Positions 51,240-60,134 of a DNA stretch of 64,000 nucleotides are shown piece by piece (positions within the stretch are counted from its first letter, which is position 1; the number at the start of each line of letters is the position of its first letter). This DNA is from Flavobacteriales bacterium (GTDB lineage Bacteria > Bacteroidota > Bacteroidia > CAIKAF01), in assembly GCA_025055635.1 (NCBI GenBank), contig JANWWQ010000006.1, positions 1,116 through 65,115 of the forward strand. The letters run 5' to 3'. The notes beneath the pieces were generated by a model, which made no database searches, was not told the origin of the DNA, and saw only the letters and a program-made list of their open reading frames with translations. Made by a program: the position numbers and the translations under genes.

Positions 51240-51995
51240 ATGGAATGGAATAATTACAAATTAATAACATTTATCTGGCTTGTTTTAGGGGTAGGCATTT
51301 TTTTTCTACTGCTTAAAATACCAGCCCCCTATGGCCGACATGCACGTCCGGGATGGGGACACAAGATAAACTCTCGGTGGGGTTTTTTTATCATGGAAAT
51401 TGTGGTATTCCTTACATTAGGTGGGTGGTTGTGGCCTGTATTGGGCAACCTCTCCTTCGTCTCCTGGACTTTGTTATCTTTTTTTTGCTTACATTATTTT
51501 CACAGAACTTTTATTTTCCCGTTCCGCCTTCAGGTGAGGGGTAAAAAAATGCCTCTCTCCGTCATTCTAATGGGAGTGGCTTTTAATATCATTAATGGAT
51601 CGCTGTTTGGAATTTACTTTAAGCAATATGCCGATTATTCATGGGATTGGCTTCGTGATCCCCGCTTTTTGAGTGGAACTCTGATTTTTTTCATTGGGAT
51701 GCTCATAAACTGGAGAGCTGACTATTATCTCATAAGCCTTCGTAAATCTAACAGTTCTGAGTATAAGATACCACGGGGCTGGTTATTTGAATATGTGAGT
51801 TGTCCTAATTTACTTGGAGAAATTATTGAATGGGTGGGTTATGCCCTCCTCACCTGGAGCTTGCCCGGATTGGTTTTTAGTATCTGGACGGCAGCCAACC
51901 TGATTCCTCGCGCTCTTGCTCACCATAGATGGTACCTGAAAACTTTTCCGGATTATCCCCCGCAGCGTTGGGCCATCATTCCTTTTCTTTGGTAG
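51240..51995 (+). CDS. 3-oxo-5-alpha-steroid 4-dehydrogenase (steroid 5alpha-reductase, SRD5A family)
   Basis: APYGRH, FIME, HYFHRT, YKIPRGWLFEYVSCPNLLGEIIEW, NLIPRALAHHRWY. Confidence 0.9.
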   Translation: MEWNNYKLITFIWLVLGVGIFFLLLKIPAPYGRHARPGWGHKINSRWGFFIMEIVVFLTLGGWLWPVLGNLSFVSWTLLSFFCLHYFHRTFIFPFRLQVRGKKMPLSVILMGVAFNIINGSLFGIYFKQYADYSWDWLRDPRFLSGTLIFFIGMLINWRADYYLISLRKSNSSEYKIPRGWLFEYVSCPNLLGEIIEWVGYALLTWSLPGLVFSIWTAANLIPRALAHHRWYLKTFPDYPPQRWAIIPFLW

Positions 51996-52064
51996 CCAAT
52001 TCGTTAGAAGATTTAAAAATCTAACATACATTCTGCTTACTTTTGCCATTCACTTTTAAAATCT

Positions 52065-52445
52065 ATGAATTTTCCTGATAATCTGCTCTACTCTAGAGAC
52101 CATGAGTGGGTACGCTTTGAAGGAGATTTAGCTGTGGTGGGTATTACGGATTTTGCCCAAAGTGAATTGGGTGATATCGTTTTTGTGGATGTAAATACTG
52201 TAGGAAAGACGTTGGAAGCGGGCCAGGTATTTGGCACAGTAGAAGCTGTGAAAACTGTTTCCGATTTATTTATGCCTTTGGGAGGTGAAGTTGTTGAACG
52301 TAACGAGGCACTAGCTTCCAATGCCGAAGCTATTAACAAAGATCCCTACGGAGAAGGTTGGATTATCAAAATTAGACCCACGCCTCCTGTGGATACTTCT
52401 CATCTATTGGATGCCTCTAAATACCGGGCCCTTATAGGGCATTAA
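52065..52445 (+). CDS. gcvH: Glycine cleavage system H protein
   Basis: [24 protein letters not shown] lipoyl site, DPYGEGW. Confidence 0.97.
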   Translation: MNFPDNLLYSRDHEWVRFEGDLAVVGITDFAQSELGDIVFVDVNTVGKTLEAGQVFGTVEAVKTVSDLFMPLGGEVVERNEALASNAEAINKDPYGEGWIIKIRPTPPVDTSHLLDASKYRALIGH

Positions 52446-52461
52446 TGCCAACCGACAGTCC

Positions 52462-52848
52462 ATGCTGCAGTTAATGTGGCACCTCAGGTGGGCCTTTTTT
52501 TTAACGGCCCTAATTTGGTTTTTGTGTCTTGTGCCTCCGGAAGCTTTGGAAGTGCCAACCCTTATCAATGGAGACAAAGTATTTCATTTTTTCATCTTTG
52601 GCCTTTTGTGTCTTTTTATGATTTATGGATTGGTGCGGCAACAGCGATCGCGGCGCTTAAGGCACGGCGCCTATCTCTATGCCGTTGTGTACTGTGCCGT
52701 AAATGGTTTATTGATTGAGCTTGTGCAGCACTTTTTTGTGGTTAATCGCACCGGCGACTGGCTGGATTGGTTATTTGATACGACTGGAGCTCTGTTGTGT
52801 GGCTTGCTCTACTTTCCCCTGGCAGGAAAATCCTTGAAGCTAAGCTAA
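52462..52848 (+). CDS. VanZ family membrane protein
   Basis: DKVFHF, IELVQ, RTGDWLDWLFD. Confidence 0.85.
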   Translation: MLQLMWHLRWAFFLTALIWFLCLVPPEALEVPTLINGDKVFHFFIFGLLCLFMIYGLVRQQRSRRLRHGAYLYAVVYCAVNGLLIELVQHFFVVNRTGDWLDWLFDTTGALLCGLLYFPLAGKSLKLS

Positions 52849-53007
52849 ATTGTACTTAGAAAGACCCACTAAACCCAGAGTCCAAAAGATCGGGCTGAGA
52901 AGGGGCCTGCAGGGCCGCCCTTGAATGAGGGATGCCGAGATTGACCCTTGGACCGCCAGTTCTCAGGATCCGAGAGCAACAAGAAAAATAATTGGGTAAT
53001 AAAAAAC

Positions 53008-54204
53008 TCAAGATATAGGCTGAAGACTGGAAGCAATAAGTTGAAAATCTTCTTCGGTCATCGTGGGAAAGTTGCCGCAATAAAAACCGCAACGATCTAA
53101 TGTATCAGCACCTGGCAATGGGTATTCCGTGCCAATATATTTTTTATAATATGGCTGGGCACCCATATTACCGGCAATAAGAGGACGCACTTCAATACCA
53201 TTCTGAATGAAACGCTGGACGTAAGCATCGCGTAGTTCCTCCGATCGACATAGGAAAGAGAGGGAAAAAGCCGAGAGGAGCTTCATATGGCTGTAATCAA
53301 AGGGTATGAAGTCCGGATTGGACCGAACCCATTTTTCTACGCGCTGGAAATTTTCCTGCCGGCGCAAATAAGTTGATGCCACATGCTGCAGCTGAAGCAG
53401 TCCCAGGTAGGCTGTGATTTCTGTGGGTCTTACATTGTAAGCCGGATGGTAAAAAGTGTAGCGACTTTTGAATTCGGAGGAGATGCCATGGGCTTGACGG
53501 AGGGCTTGTTGGCGATGGGCCGGTAAATTACGGTCCCAGCCGTTGGCACGCACGATAAGCAACATCTCGGCCAGCTCGGGATCGTCAGTACATACCATGC
53601 CACCCTCAATAGTACTCATATGGTGAGCAACAAAAAAGGAAAATGTGGCAGCCAAACCGAAATTGCCTGCTTTACCTTCGGGTAACTCGGAGCCCATGGA
53701 TTCACAATTGTCCTCCAGAAAGATGATACCCCTTTGCTCACATAATTGGCGTATATTGTTCAAGTCGCCGGTGAATCCCAGGACGTTGGTAGCGAAAAAG
53801 GCTTTCATATCCGGCGCTTGTCGGAGGCGATCTTCCAGTTGGGCAGAATGGACATTCATGGTGGCCGGGTTGCAGTCAACAGGTACAGGCACAAAACCCA
53901 ATTGTTCAATAGGCATGGTATTGGTACTCCAGGTAAGGGCAGAAAAGCCAATTTTGTCGCCCGTTTTGAGGCGACCCAAATTTTTGAGGGCCTGGAGCAA
54001 GATCAGGTTAGCACTAGCACCGCTATTGACAAAAACAGAATAAGTACGTCCCTGATGTTGAGAAAAAGCCTCTTCAAAACGACGGCATTGCTCATCCATG
54101 CTAAGGCGGGGGGCGGTCAGGATAAATTCAGCAAGGGCTTTGCGCGTGGACTGTTCCTCAAGGAATGCGTAACGCATCAAAGGGAGCTTGAAGCTTGGCG
54201 GCAT
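53008..54204 (-). CDS. DegT/DnrJ/EryC1/StrS family PLP enzyme, ColD/RfbH-like dehydratase subtype
   Basis: NSGASAN, EDNCES, FSFFVAHHMSTIEGG (His in place of the Schiff-base Lys). Confidence 0.85.
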   Translation of the reverse strand: MPPSFKLPLMRYAFLEEQSTRKALAEFILTAPRLSMDEQCRRFEEAFSQHQGRTYSVFVNSGASANLILLQALKNLGRLKTGDKIGFSALTWSTNTMPIEQLGFVPVPVDCNPATMNVHSAQLEDRLRQAPDMKAFFATNVLGFTGDLNNIRQLCEQRGIIFLEDNCESMGSELPEGKAGNFGLAATFSFFVAHHMSTIEGGMVCTDDPELAEMLLIVRANGWDRNLPAHRQQALRQAHGISSEFKSRYTFYHPAYNVRPTEITAYLGLLQLQHVASTYLRRQENFQRVEKWVRSNPDFIPFDYSHMKLLSAFSLSFLCRSEELRDAYVQRFIQNGIEVRPLIAGNMGAQPYYKKYIGTEYPLPGADTLDRCGFYCGNFPTMTEEDFQLIASSLQPIS

Positions 54205-54215
54205 TCAAAATAGGT

Positions 54216-54800
54216 TTAGGAGAGGCGGGCTGAAATCAGATTGAGAAATTCCTTACGGGTGGCTTCTTTTTCAAATTCTCCTGTGAAGGCCGATGTAGTA
54301 GTGACAGAATTCTGCTTATTGACACCCCGCATTTGCATACAAAGGTGGCGGGCTTCTATGACTACGGCAACACCGAGGGGCTGTAAGGCGTTGTGGATGC
54401 AATCGCGTATTTCACAGGTCAGGCGTTCCTGAACCTGTAAGCGACGGGCAAAGGCATCCACCACTCTGGGGATCTTACTCAACCCCACGATGCGTCCATG
54501 GGGAATATAGGCGACATGGGCCTTCCCAAAAAACGGAAGAAGGTGATGTTCACAGAGGGAATATATTTCAATATCTTTTACCACTACCATCTCGCTGTAA
54601 TCCTGCTTAAAGATAGCGGAGCGCAAGATGGTCTCCGGATTTTGACGGTAGCCCTGGGTGAGAAAATGAAAGGCCTTGGCCGCCCGTTCCGGGGTACGCA
54701 GAAGTCCTTCGCGGTCCGGATCCTCCCCGGCTTGGCGAAGTATTTCTCTATAAAGACGAGCGGTTTCGCGCAGGGTGGAAATAGAAAAATCAACTTCCAT
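54216..54800 (-). CDS. folE: GTP cyclohydrolase I
   Basis: [27 protein letters not shown]. Confidence 0.97.
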   Translation of the reverse strand: MEVDFSISTLRETARLYREILRQAGEDPDREGLLRTPERAAKAFHFLTQGYRQNPETILRSAIFKQDYSEMVVVKDIEIYSLCEHHLLPFFGKAHVAYIPHGRIVGLSKIPRVVDAFARRLQVQERLTCEIRDCIHNALQPLGVAVVIEARHLCMQMRGVNKQNSVTTTSAFTGEFEKEATRKEFLNLISARLS

Positions 54801-54860
54801 GCTTCATGCTGCAAAGGAAAACACAAATCGTAAAGAAAACCTGCGCCCCCAATAATTTGT

Positions 54861-55763
54861 TCAAGGTTTTTCCGGAGGGAACAGGCCTTTTTCTACTGGT
54901 TTCTGGGTTCGGATGGGTCTATCCTTTGGATTACGAGCATCCACATCCTCCACGATTTCCCAGGTGCGCCCCTTGAGTTTTAAGCCATTATACGAACCAT
55001 CGGGGACGTAGAGAGAACTGTTTCCTCGCCCCGCCGGTGCCAGGGGTGTCAGGTGGTCGTAAACAATCATTCGGAGCCTCTCGTCCCAATTCAGGCGAAC
55101 GGAAGCCTCAGCATAATATTCCAATAAGAAACGGTGGTAGATTTTATTGCCGTGTTTGATAACGGGAGCGCCCCACTTCGGCCAACCTTTTTGATCAAAA
55201 TAGAGAGGGTCAGCCACTTTGATTCGGCTACGATTGTTGTGCATATTGAGGCCAAGCAATAAGTAACGTTTTCGGCCCATGGGCCGCACACCGTAGTAGA
55301 TGGCTCCAAACCAGTTAGAGGGGCCCAGAACGCGTTGCAAAGGATTTTGAATTTCGTGGGATTTATCGTTAAGCTGCCACACAACCCCTTTGGATCGTCC
55401 GCGAAGGAAAGTTTCCAGCAGGCCGAAGTGTTCGTAATGACCGTCAGAAAAGTGGACAGTGAAAGTGAGAGTTCTCCAACGTCCGTCGGGAGCGGCCAGG
55501 AAAGCGACGTTGGGGTAGGCCTCTGCCGGGTTTTGGGAGGATTTGGGATGGTCCTTTAAGCTCTGTTTCAGAGCTTCCAAAAGTTCATAGGCCTTGAGTC
55601 GTTTCAACGAATCGGGGTAGTCCGGATTGAGAAACCACTCTTTGTAATTTTTTCCGCCGTAGGGCTCTGTTTGCTGGCCTACCAACCTGCCACAGAGGGG
55701 ACCTGCCAGCACCATTCCCATAAACGTCGTAGCCATAACCGATTGCGTAGCCATTTTCTCCAT
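54861..55763 (-). CDS. Conserved Bacteroidota hypothetical exported protein
   Basis: WFGAIYY, YLLLG, IVYDHL, YVPDGSY motifs; N-terminal hydrophobic stretch. Confidence 0.65.
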   Translation of the reverse strand: MEKMATQSVMATTFMGMVLAGPLCGRLVGQQTEPYGGKNYKEWFLNPDYPDSLKRLKAYELLEALKQSLKDHPKSSQNPAEAYPNVAFLAAPDGRWRTLTFTVHFSDGHYEHFGLLETFLRGRSKGVVWQLNDKSHEIQNPLQRVLGPSNWFGAIYYGVRPMGRKRYLLLGLNMHNNRSRIKVADPLYFDQKGWPKWGAPVIKHGNKIYHRFLLEYYAEASVRLNWDERLRMIVYDHLTPLAPAGRGNSSLYVPDGSYNGLKLKGRTWEIVEDVDARNPKDRPIRTQKPVEKGLFPPEKP

Positions 55764-55877
55764 TCAACGCAGATATTAAAATAAATTGTTAAACCAACCG
55801 CGGCACTTTAGAGGTAGACGCTAAATAGAAGTAAATGCCGCACAGATTTTATAAATGTGAGGGGAAGAATGGAATAA

Positions 55878-57740
55878 TCAGGATTCCACCGGTTCCTGTT
55901 CCAAACGGAGATTTTCAATGATGAATTCCTGACGAGCGGGCGTGTTTTTGCCCATATAAAACTCCAGCAACTGGCGGATGGTGCTGTCTGTATCGGGAGC
56001 CACAGGTTCCAAGCGGATATCTTTGCCAATAAATTGACGAAATTCATCAGGGCTAATTTCCCCGAGACCTTTGAAGCGGGTGATTTCCGGATGGGGACCC
56101 AACTTACGGATGGCCTCCTGGCGCTCGGATTCCGTATAACAATAAATGGTTTGTTTTTTATTACGAACGCGGAATAAAGGTGTTTGCAGAATGTAGAGGT
56201 GGTTGGCTCTGACCAATTCTGGATAAAATTGAAGAAAAAATGTGATGAGTAAAAGCCGGATATGCATCCCATCCACATCGGCATCGGTTGCCAGCACGAT
56301 GTTGTTGTAGCGAAGGCCTTCCAAGCCTTCCTCAATATTCAAGGCATTGATGAGGAGGTTAAACTCTTCATTTTCGTACACGACCTTTTTGGAAAGCCCA
56401 TAGACGTTAAGGGGCTTGCCTTTAAGGGAAAAAACGGCCTGCACCGCCACGTCCCGAGCTTTGGTGATGGAACCGCTGGCTGAGTCACCCTCAGTAATGA
56501 AAAGAGTGGTTTCAAAACGGCGTTCGTGCTGGGAATTGTAATGTATTTTACAGTCGCGCAGTTTCTTATTGTGCAGGGCGCTACGGCGGGCACGCTCACG
56601 GGCCAGCTTTTTAATTCCGGCGATTTCCCGACGTTCTTTTTCGTTTTCAATGATCTTCTCCTGCAACGCTTCAGCAATATTCTTCTGGCGGTGCAGCAGG
56701 TTATCCAGTTCGATTTTCAGGAAGTCGCTCACGTAGCTACGGATGGTGGGGCCATCAGGCTCCATGTGGGTACTGCCCAGGCGGGTTTTTGTCTGGCTTT
56801 CAAAGACAGGTTCCACCACTTTGATGGCGATGGCGGCCACAATGCCGCTGCGCACATCTGAAGGATCGTAATCCTTTTTAAAATAATTGTTTACCGTGCG
56901 CACGAGTCCTTCCTTGAAAGCGGACTGATGTGTGCCGCCCTGAGGGGTAAACTGCCCGTTTACGAAGCTGTAATATTCCTCGCCGGAGCGATGGGTATGG
57001 GTAAAAGCCAGCTCAATGTCCCGTCCGCGCAAGTGCACGATGGGATAGAGGATATCATCTTCCGAAAGGTGGGCCTGTAAAAGGTCCAGCAAACCGTGAT
57101 CAGAGCGAAAATCTTCTCCATTCAGTCGGAGCGTGAGACCCGGATTTAACCAAGCGTAAAAACGGAGCATGCGTTCCAAATGTTCCCGGCGGTATTTGTA
57201 ATGGGGGAAAATTTCTTCGTCCGGCAGAAACTCCACCAGGGTACCTGACGGTTCGTGCGTAGGGGTGGGCTCACTTTCATGAATGAGAATGCCACGACTG
57301 AATTCCGCGGTTTTTGATAGACCGTCCCGAATGGATGTAATGCGAAATTGGCTTGAAAGGGCATTGACGGCCTTGGTACCCACACCATTCAGTCCTACGG
57401 CTTTTTTGAAGGCTTCTGTGTCGTATTTGGCGCCGGTATTAATCCGCGAAACGCAATCCACCAATTTCCCTAAAGGAATGCCTCGCCCATAATCCCGAAC
57501 TCTCACACGCCCTTCCCGCACCTCAATCTCAATGAGATTGCCGAAGCCCATGACATGCTCATCAATGGCGTTATCTATGACCTCTTTAAGTAGGATATAA
57601 ATGCCATCATCAGGAGCGGAGCCCTCACCGGTCTTTCCGATGTACATCCCAGGACGCAGCCGGATATGTTCGTTCCATTCCAGCGTGCGTATGTGTTCCT
57701 CTGTGTAGCGGGGGGAATGTGTGGAATTCAGATCCTGCAT
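55878..57740 (-). CDS. parE: DNA topoisomerase IV subunit B
   Basis: [40 protein letters not shown]; short Bacteroidota ParE length. Confidence 0.92.
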   Translation of the reverse strand: MQDLNSTHSPRYTEEHIRTLEWNEHIRLRPGMYIGKTGEGSAPDDGIYILLKEVIDNAIDEHVMGFGNLIEIEVREGRVRVRDYGRGIPLGKLVDCVSRINTGAKYDTEAFKKAVGLNGVGTKAVNALSSQFRITSIRDGLSKTAEFSRGILIHESEPTPTHEPSGTLVEFLPDEEIFPHYKYRREHLERMLRFYAWLNPGLTLRLNGEDFRSDHGLLDLLQAHLSEDDILYPIVHLRGRDIELAFTHTHRSGEEYYSFVNGQFTPQGGTHQSAFKEGLVRTVNNYFKKDYDPSDVRSGIVAAIAIKVVEPVFESQTKTRLGSTHMEPDGPTIRSYVSDFLKIELDNLLHRQKNIAEALQEKIIENEKERREIAGIKKLARERARRSALHNKKLRDCKIHYNSQHERRFETTLFITEGDSASGSITKARDVAVQAVFSLKGKPLNVYGLSKKVVYENEEFNLLINALNIEEGLEGLRYNNIVLATDADVDGMHIRLLLITFFLQFYPELVRANHLYILQTPLFRVRNKKQTIYCYTESERQEAIRKLGPHPEITRFKGLGEISPDEFRQFIGKDIRLEPVAPDTDSTIRQLLEFYMGKNTPARQEFIIENLRLEQEPVES

Positions 57741-57750
57741 CGCGCTTGGT

Positions 57751-58320
57751 TCAATCTAATGAACAAAAGTACGCCTCTGCCACAGGGCCATAGCAGGCAT
57801 GTTCCAGAGGTTTTATCAACAAGGCCAGTTGTTCGGCCGTGGTATTGTTTGGAATCGGAAGCTGGGCTTGAAATAATATGGGGCCTTTGTCATATTCCTC
57901 CGTTACAAGATGAATGCTTATACCGCTCCATCGTTCCCCCCCTTGCAAAACGGCCTTGTGAACATGCAAACCGTACATGCCTTGGCCTCCGTAACGGGGC
58001 AGCAGGGCAGGATGGATATTGAGTATCCGGCCATGGTACGCATGGACGACTTCAGAAGGCACGGGACGCAGATATCCTGCCAACAGATGACCACCAATCC
58101 CATAATCCCTGAAACGCCTTGCCAGAGCAGCACCGTCCAAGGAAGGATCGGGGTATACCCACACCTCCACATCCAAGTGCCGAGCCAATGCAACGACTGG
58201 CGCATGGCTTCGGCTAGTGATTAAGAGCGGCAACTGAATGGAGGGATGGCTGGCAAAGTATTGCCAGAGTTGAACGGCATTGGAGCCCTTACCAGAGGCC
58301 CAGATAGCGAGGCGGAACAT
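57751..58320 (-). CDS. purN: Phosphoribosylglycinamide formyltransferase
   Basis: [25 protein letters not shown]. Confidence 0.93.
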   Translation of the reverse strand: MFRLAIWASGKGSNAVQLWQYFASHPSIQLPLLITSRSHAPVVALARHLDVEVWVYPDPSLDGAALARRFRDYGIGGHLLAGYLRPVPSEVVHAYHGRILNIHPALLPRYGGQGMYGLHVHKAVLQGGERWSGISIHLVTEEYDKGPILFQAQLPIPNNTTAEQLALLIKPLEHACYGPVAEAYFCSLD

Positions 58321-58449
58321 AGTGCAATGATAAGGTGGACGGTAGTAAAGGGTACGGAATGGCCGAAAAATAGCTCTTTGAAGAACCCCGAGGAAGCAAT
58401 TTAAAAAGTCACCTTTTTGGGCCTGATTGAGCCATTGGGATGCAGTATT

Positions 58450-58537
58450 TGGACCGGCAGTCGGGATCCGGTGAGACCTCGTCCCCCGCTTTAGGTTTGC
58501 TGAGGACGGGCTAGGTCGGGCCTAAGAGGCATGCCCC
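58450..58537 (-). repeat. GC-rich intergenic element (dispersed repeat, copy B)
   Basis: Minus strand reads GGGGCATGCCTCTTAGGCCCGACC...GGGGGACGAGGT...CCGG, collinear with copy A. Confidence 0.5.
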
Positions 58538-58602
58538 GTAAAGAGATTCTTAATTCAGAAACCTACCCTTGAGGTGGGGAATGATGTTGGGGCTAAATAT
58601 GT

Positions 58603-59682
58603 TTACTGGAAGGGATCGGAAAATTCTGGATTGGTTAGGAATGAGGAGTCGGTGAGGGCCAAGAGAAATTTTTTAATGGCCACCACTTCGTTTGGAGAGA
58701 GATTGAGCCCTTGGCCGGCATATTCCATCATGGGGTCAATGGTTGGGGAGATTTTACCGCCCGTGAGATAATGGTCTACCAGCACCTGATCCAGAGTGTT
58801 GAAGCGACCGTCATGCATGTATGGTGCAGAAACAGCCACATTACGCAGGGTGGGAACTTTGAAAAGCGCCCTGTGATTAGGGTTTCCGGTGGTCTCGTAA
58901 AGGCCTAGGTCGGTCCATTCGTGTTCATAATCTAGGCCGTTGTTGCTGAAACGGTAGTTGCTGAACAGCCGATCCTCAGCGTTATGACAATGGAAACAGT
59001 CGCCCTTGTAGTTATCTTGGATGAGCTGCAGACCCAGCAGCTCTTGATTATCTAAAGTTCCCAGTCCTTGAACCCAGCGGTCGTACCGAGAGTTGAATGA
59101 TACCAGGGTGCGTACGAACTGGGCCAGGGCCTTGGCTATGCGAATGCTATCAATACGGCGGTCGCCAAAAGCCGCTTCAAAAAGGGGAGGATAGAGCGGA
59201 TCATTTTGAAGAATTTGCTCTACCTGAGAAAGGCTATGGGCCATTTCCTTGGGATCGCGGATGGGGTGAAGCACCTGCTCCTCCAGGGTGGCCGCGCGGC
59301 CGTCCCAGAAGAACCGGGTGAAGGGATTGAAGGCCACATTCACTAAGGCCATGCTATGACGGCGGGTAGTTTGTCCGAAGGCGCCCTCGCTGTAGCGACG
59401 GGGATCAGAGAAGGCATGATCCTGTTGGTGACAAGAAGCGCAGGAAACGGAGTTATTTACAGAGAGCCGCTTGTCATAGAAAAGATAGCGACCCAATCGG
59501 GCACCTTCCACAGTGGTGGGATTATCGGCAGGTTCTATGGGGCGGGGATAACCGGGCGGAATCTTAAAAGGATAGGGTGTCGGACCTGGACGGGGATTTT
59601 CGCGGCAGGCGATTAGAAAAACCAGAGAGCCTGCCAGCAGGATTCCCCTTATTAAGCTCCAATGGTCCAAGCGGAGAATCAT
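58603..59682 (-). CDS. Di-heme cytochrome c peroxidase family lipoprotein (MauG/MbnH-like)
   Basis: Lipobox LIAC; CASCH and CFHCH; FWDGR; FKVPTLRN; PYMHDG. Start uncertain. Confidence 0.9.
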   Translation of the reverse strand: MILRLDHWSLIRGILLAGSLVFLIACRENPRPGPTPYPFKIPPGYPRPIEPADNPTTVEGARLGRYLFYDKRLSVNNSVSCASCHQQDHAFSDPRRYSEGAFGQTTRRHSMALVNVAFNPFTRFFWDGRAATLEEQVLHPIRDPKEMAHSLSQVEQILQNDPLYPPLFEAAFGDRRIDSIRIAKALAQFVRTLVSFNSRYDRWVQGLGTLDNQELLGLQLIQDNYKGDCFHCHNAEDRLFSNYRFSNNGLDYEHEWTDLGLYETTGNPNHRALFKVPTLRNVAVSAPYMHDGRFNTLDQVLVDHYLTGGKISPTIDPMMEYAGQGLNLSPNEVVAIKKFLLALTDSSFLTNPEFSDPFQ

Positions 59683-59783
59683 GTTCCACAAAGTTAATTG
59701 CATCCACCATAATGTTAAAAAAGATACCTTGTATTGCAAGGTACTATTTTTTGCTTACTTTTGTGTCGTTTAAGTGACCTAAG

Positions 59784-60134
59784 ATGGGGAGCGGAGAGTT
59801 ATTTCAGCACTTGCGGCGGAGTCTTTTGGAATACAGCGTGGTGCAGGCCTTGGTGGAAGGGGAGGCCTATCCGGCTGATCTGATAGGGCGGTTGGGGCGT
59901 GTGGGGCTGCAGGTGCCGGAAGGCACTGTGTATCCTTTACTGAACAGGTTGAAGGCTGATGGATATGTAGAATACCGTTGGGAGGAAAGTCCCTCGGGGC
60001 CTCCGCGGAAGTATTACAGCCTCTCGGCCAAAGGGTTGAAACTGGCCGAGGAGTACCGACAAGCATGGGAGAAGCTGAAAAAATCAGTGGACAGCCTCAA
60101 TACATCTCAAAATAAACACGAGAAAAACCTATGA
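59784..60134 (+). CDS. PadR family transcriptional regulator
   Basis: EGTVYPLLNRL, WEESPSGPPRKYY. Confidence 0.93.
   Translation: MGSGELFQHLRRSLLEYSVVQALVEGEAYPADLIGRLGRVGLQVPEGTVYPLLNRLKADGYVEYRWEESPSGPPRKYYSLSAKGLKLAEEYRQAWEKLKKSVDSLNTSQNKHEKNL

Noticed and set aside
59981-59993. GAGGAAAGTCC, an RNase P RNA signature
   Set aside because: It encodes the conserved EESP of PadR and no other RNase P elements are present
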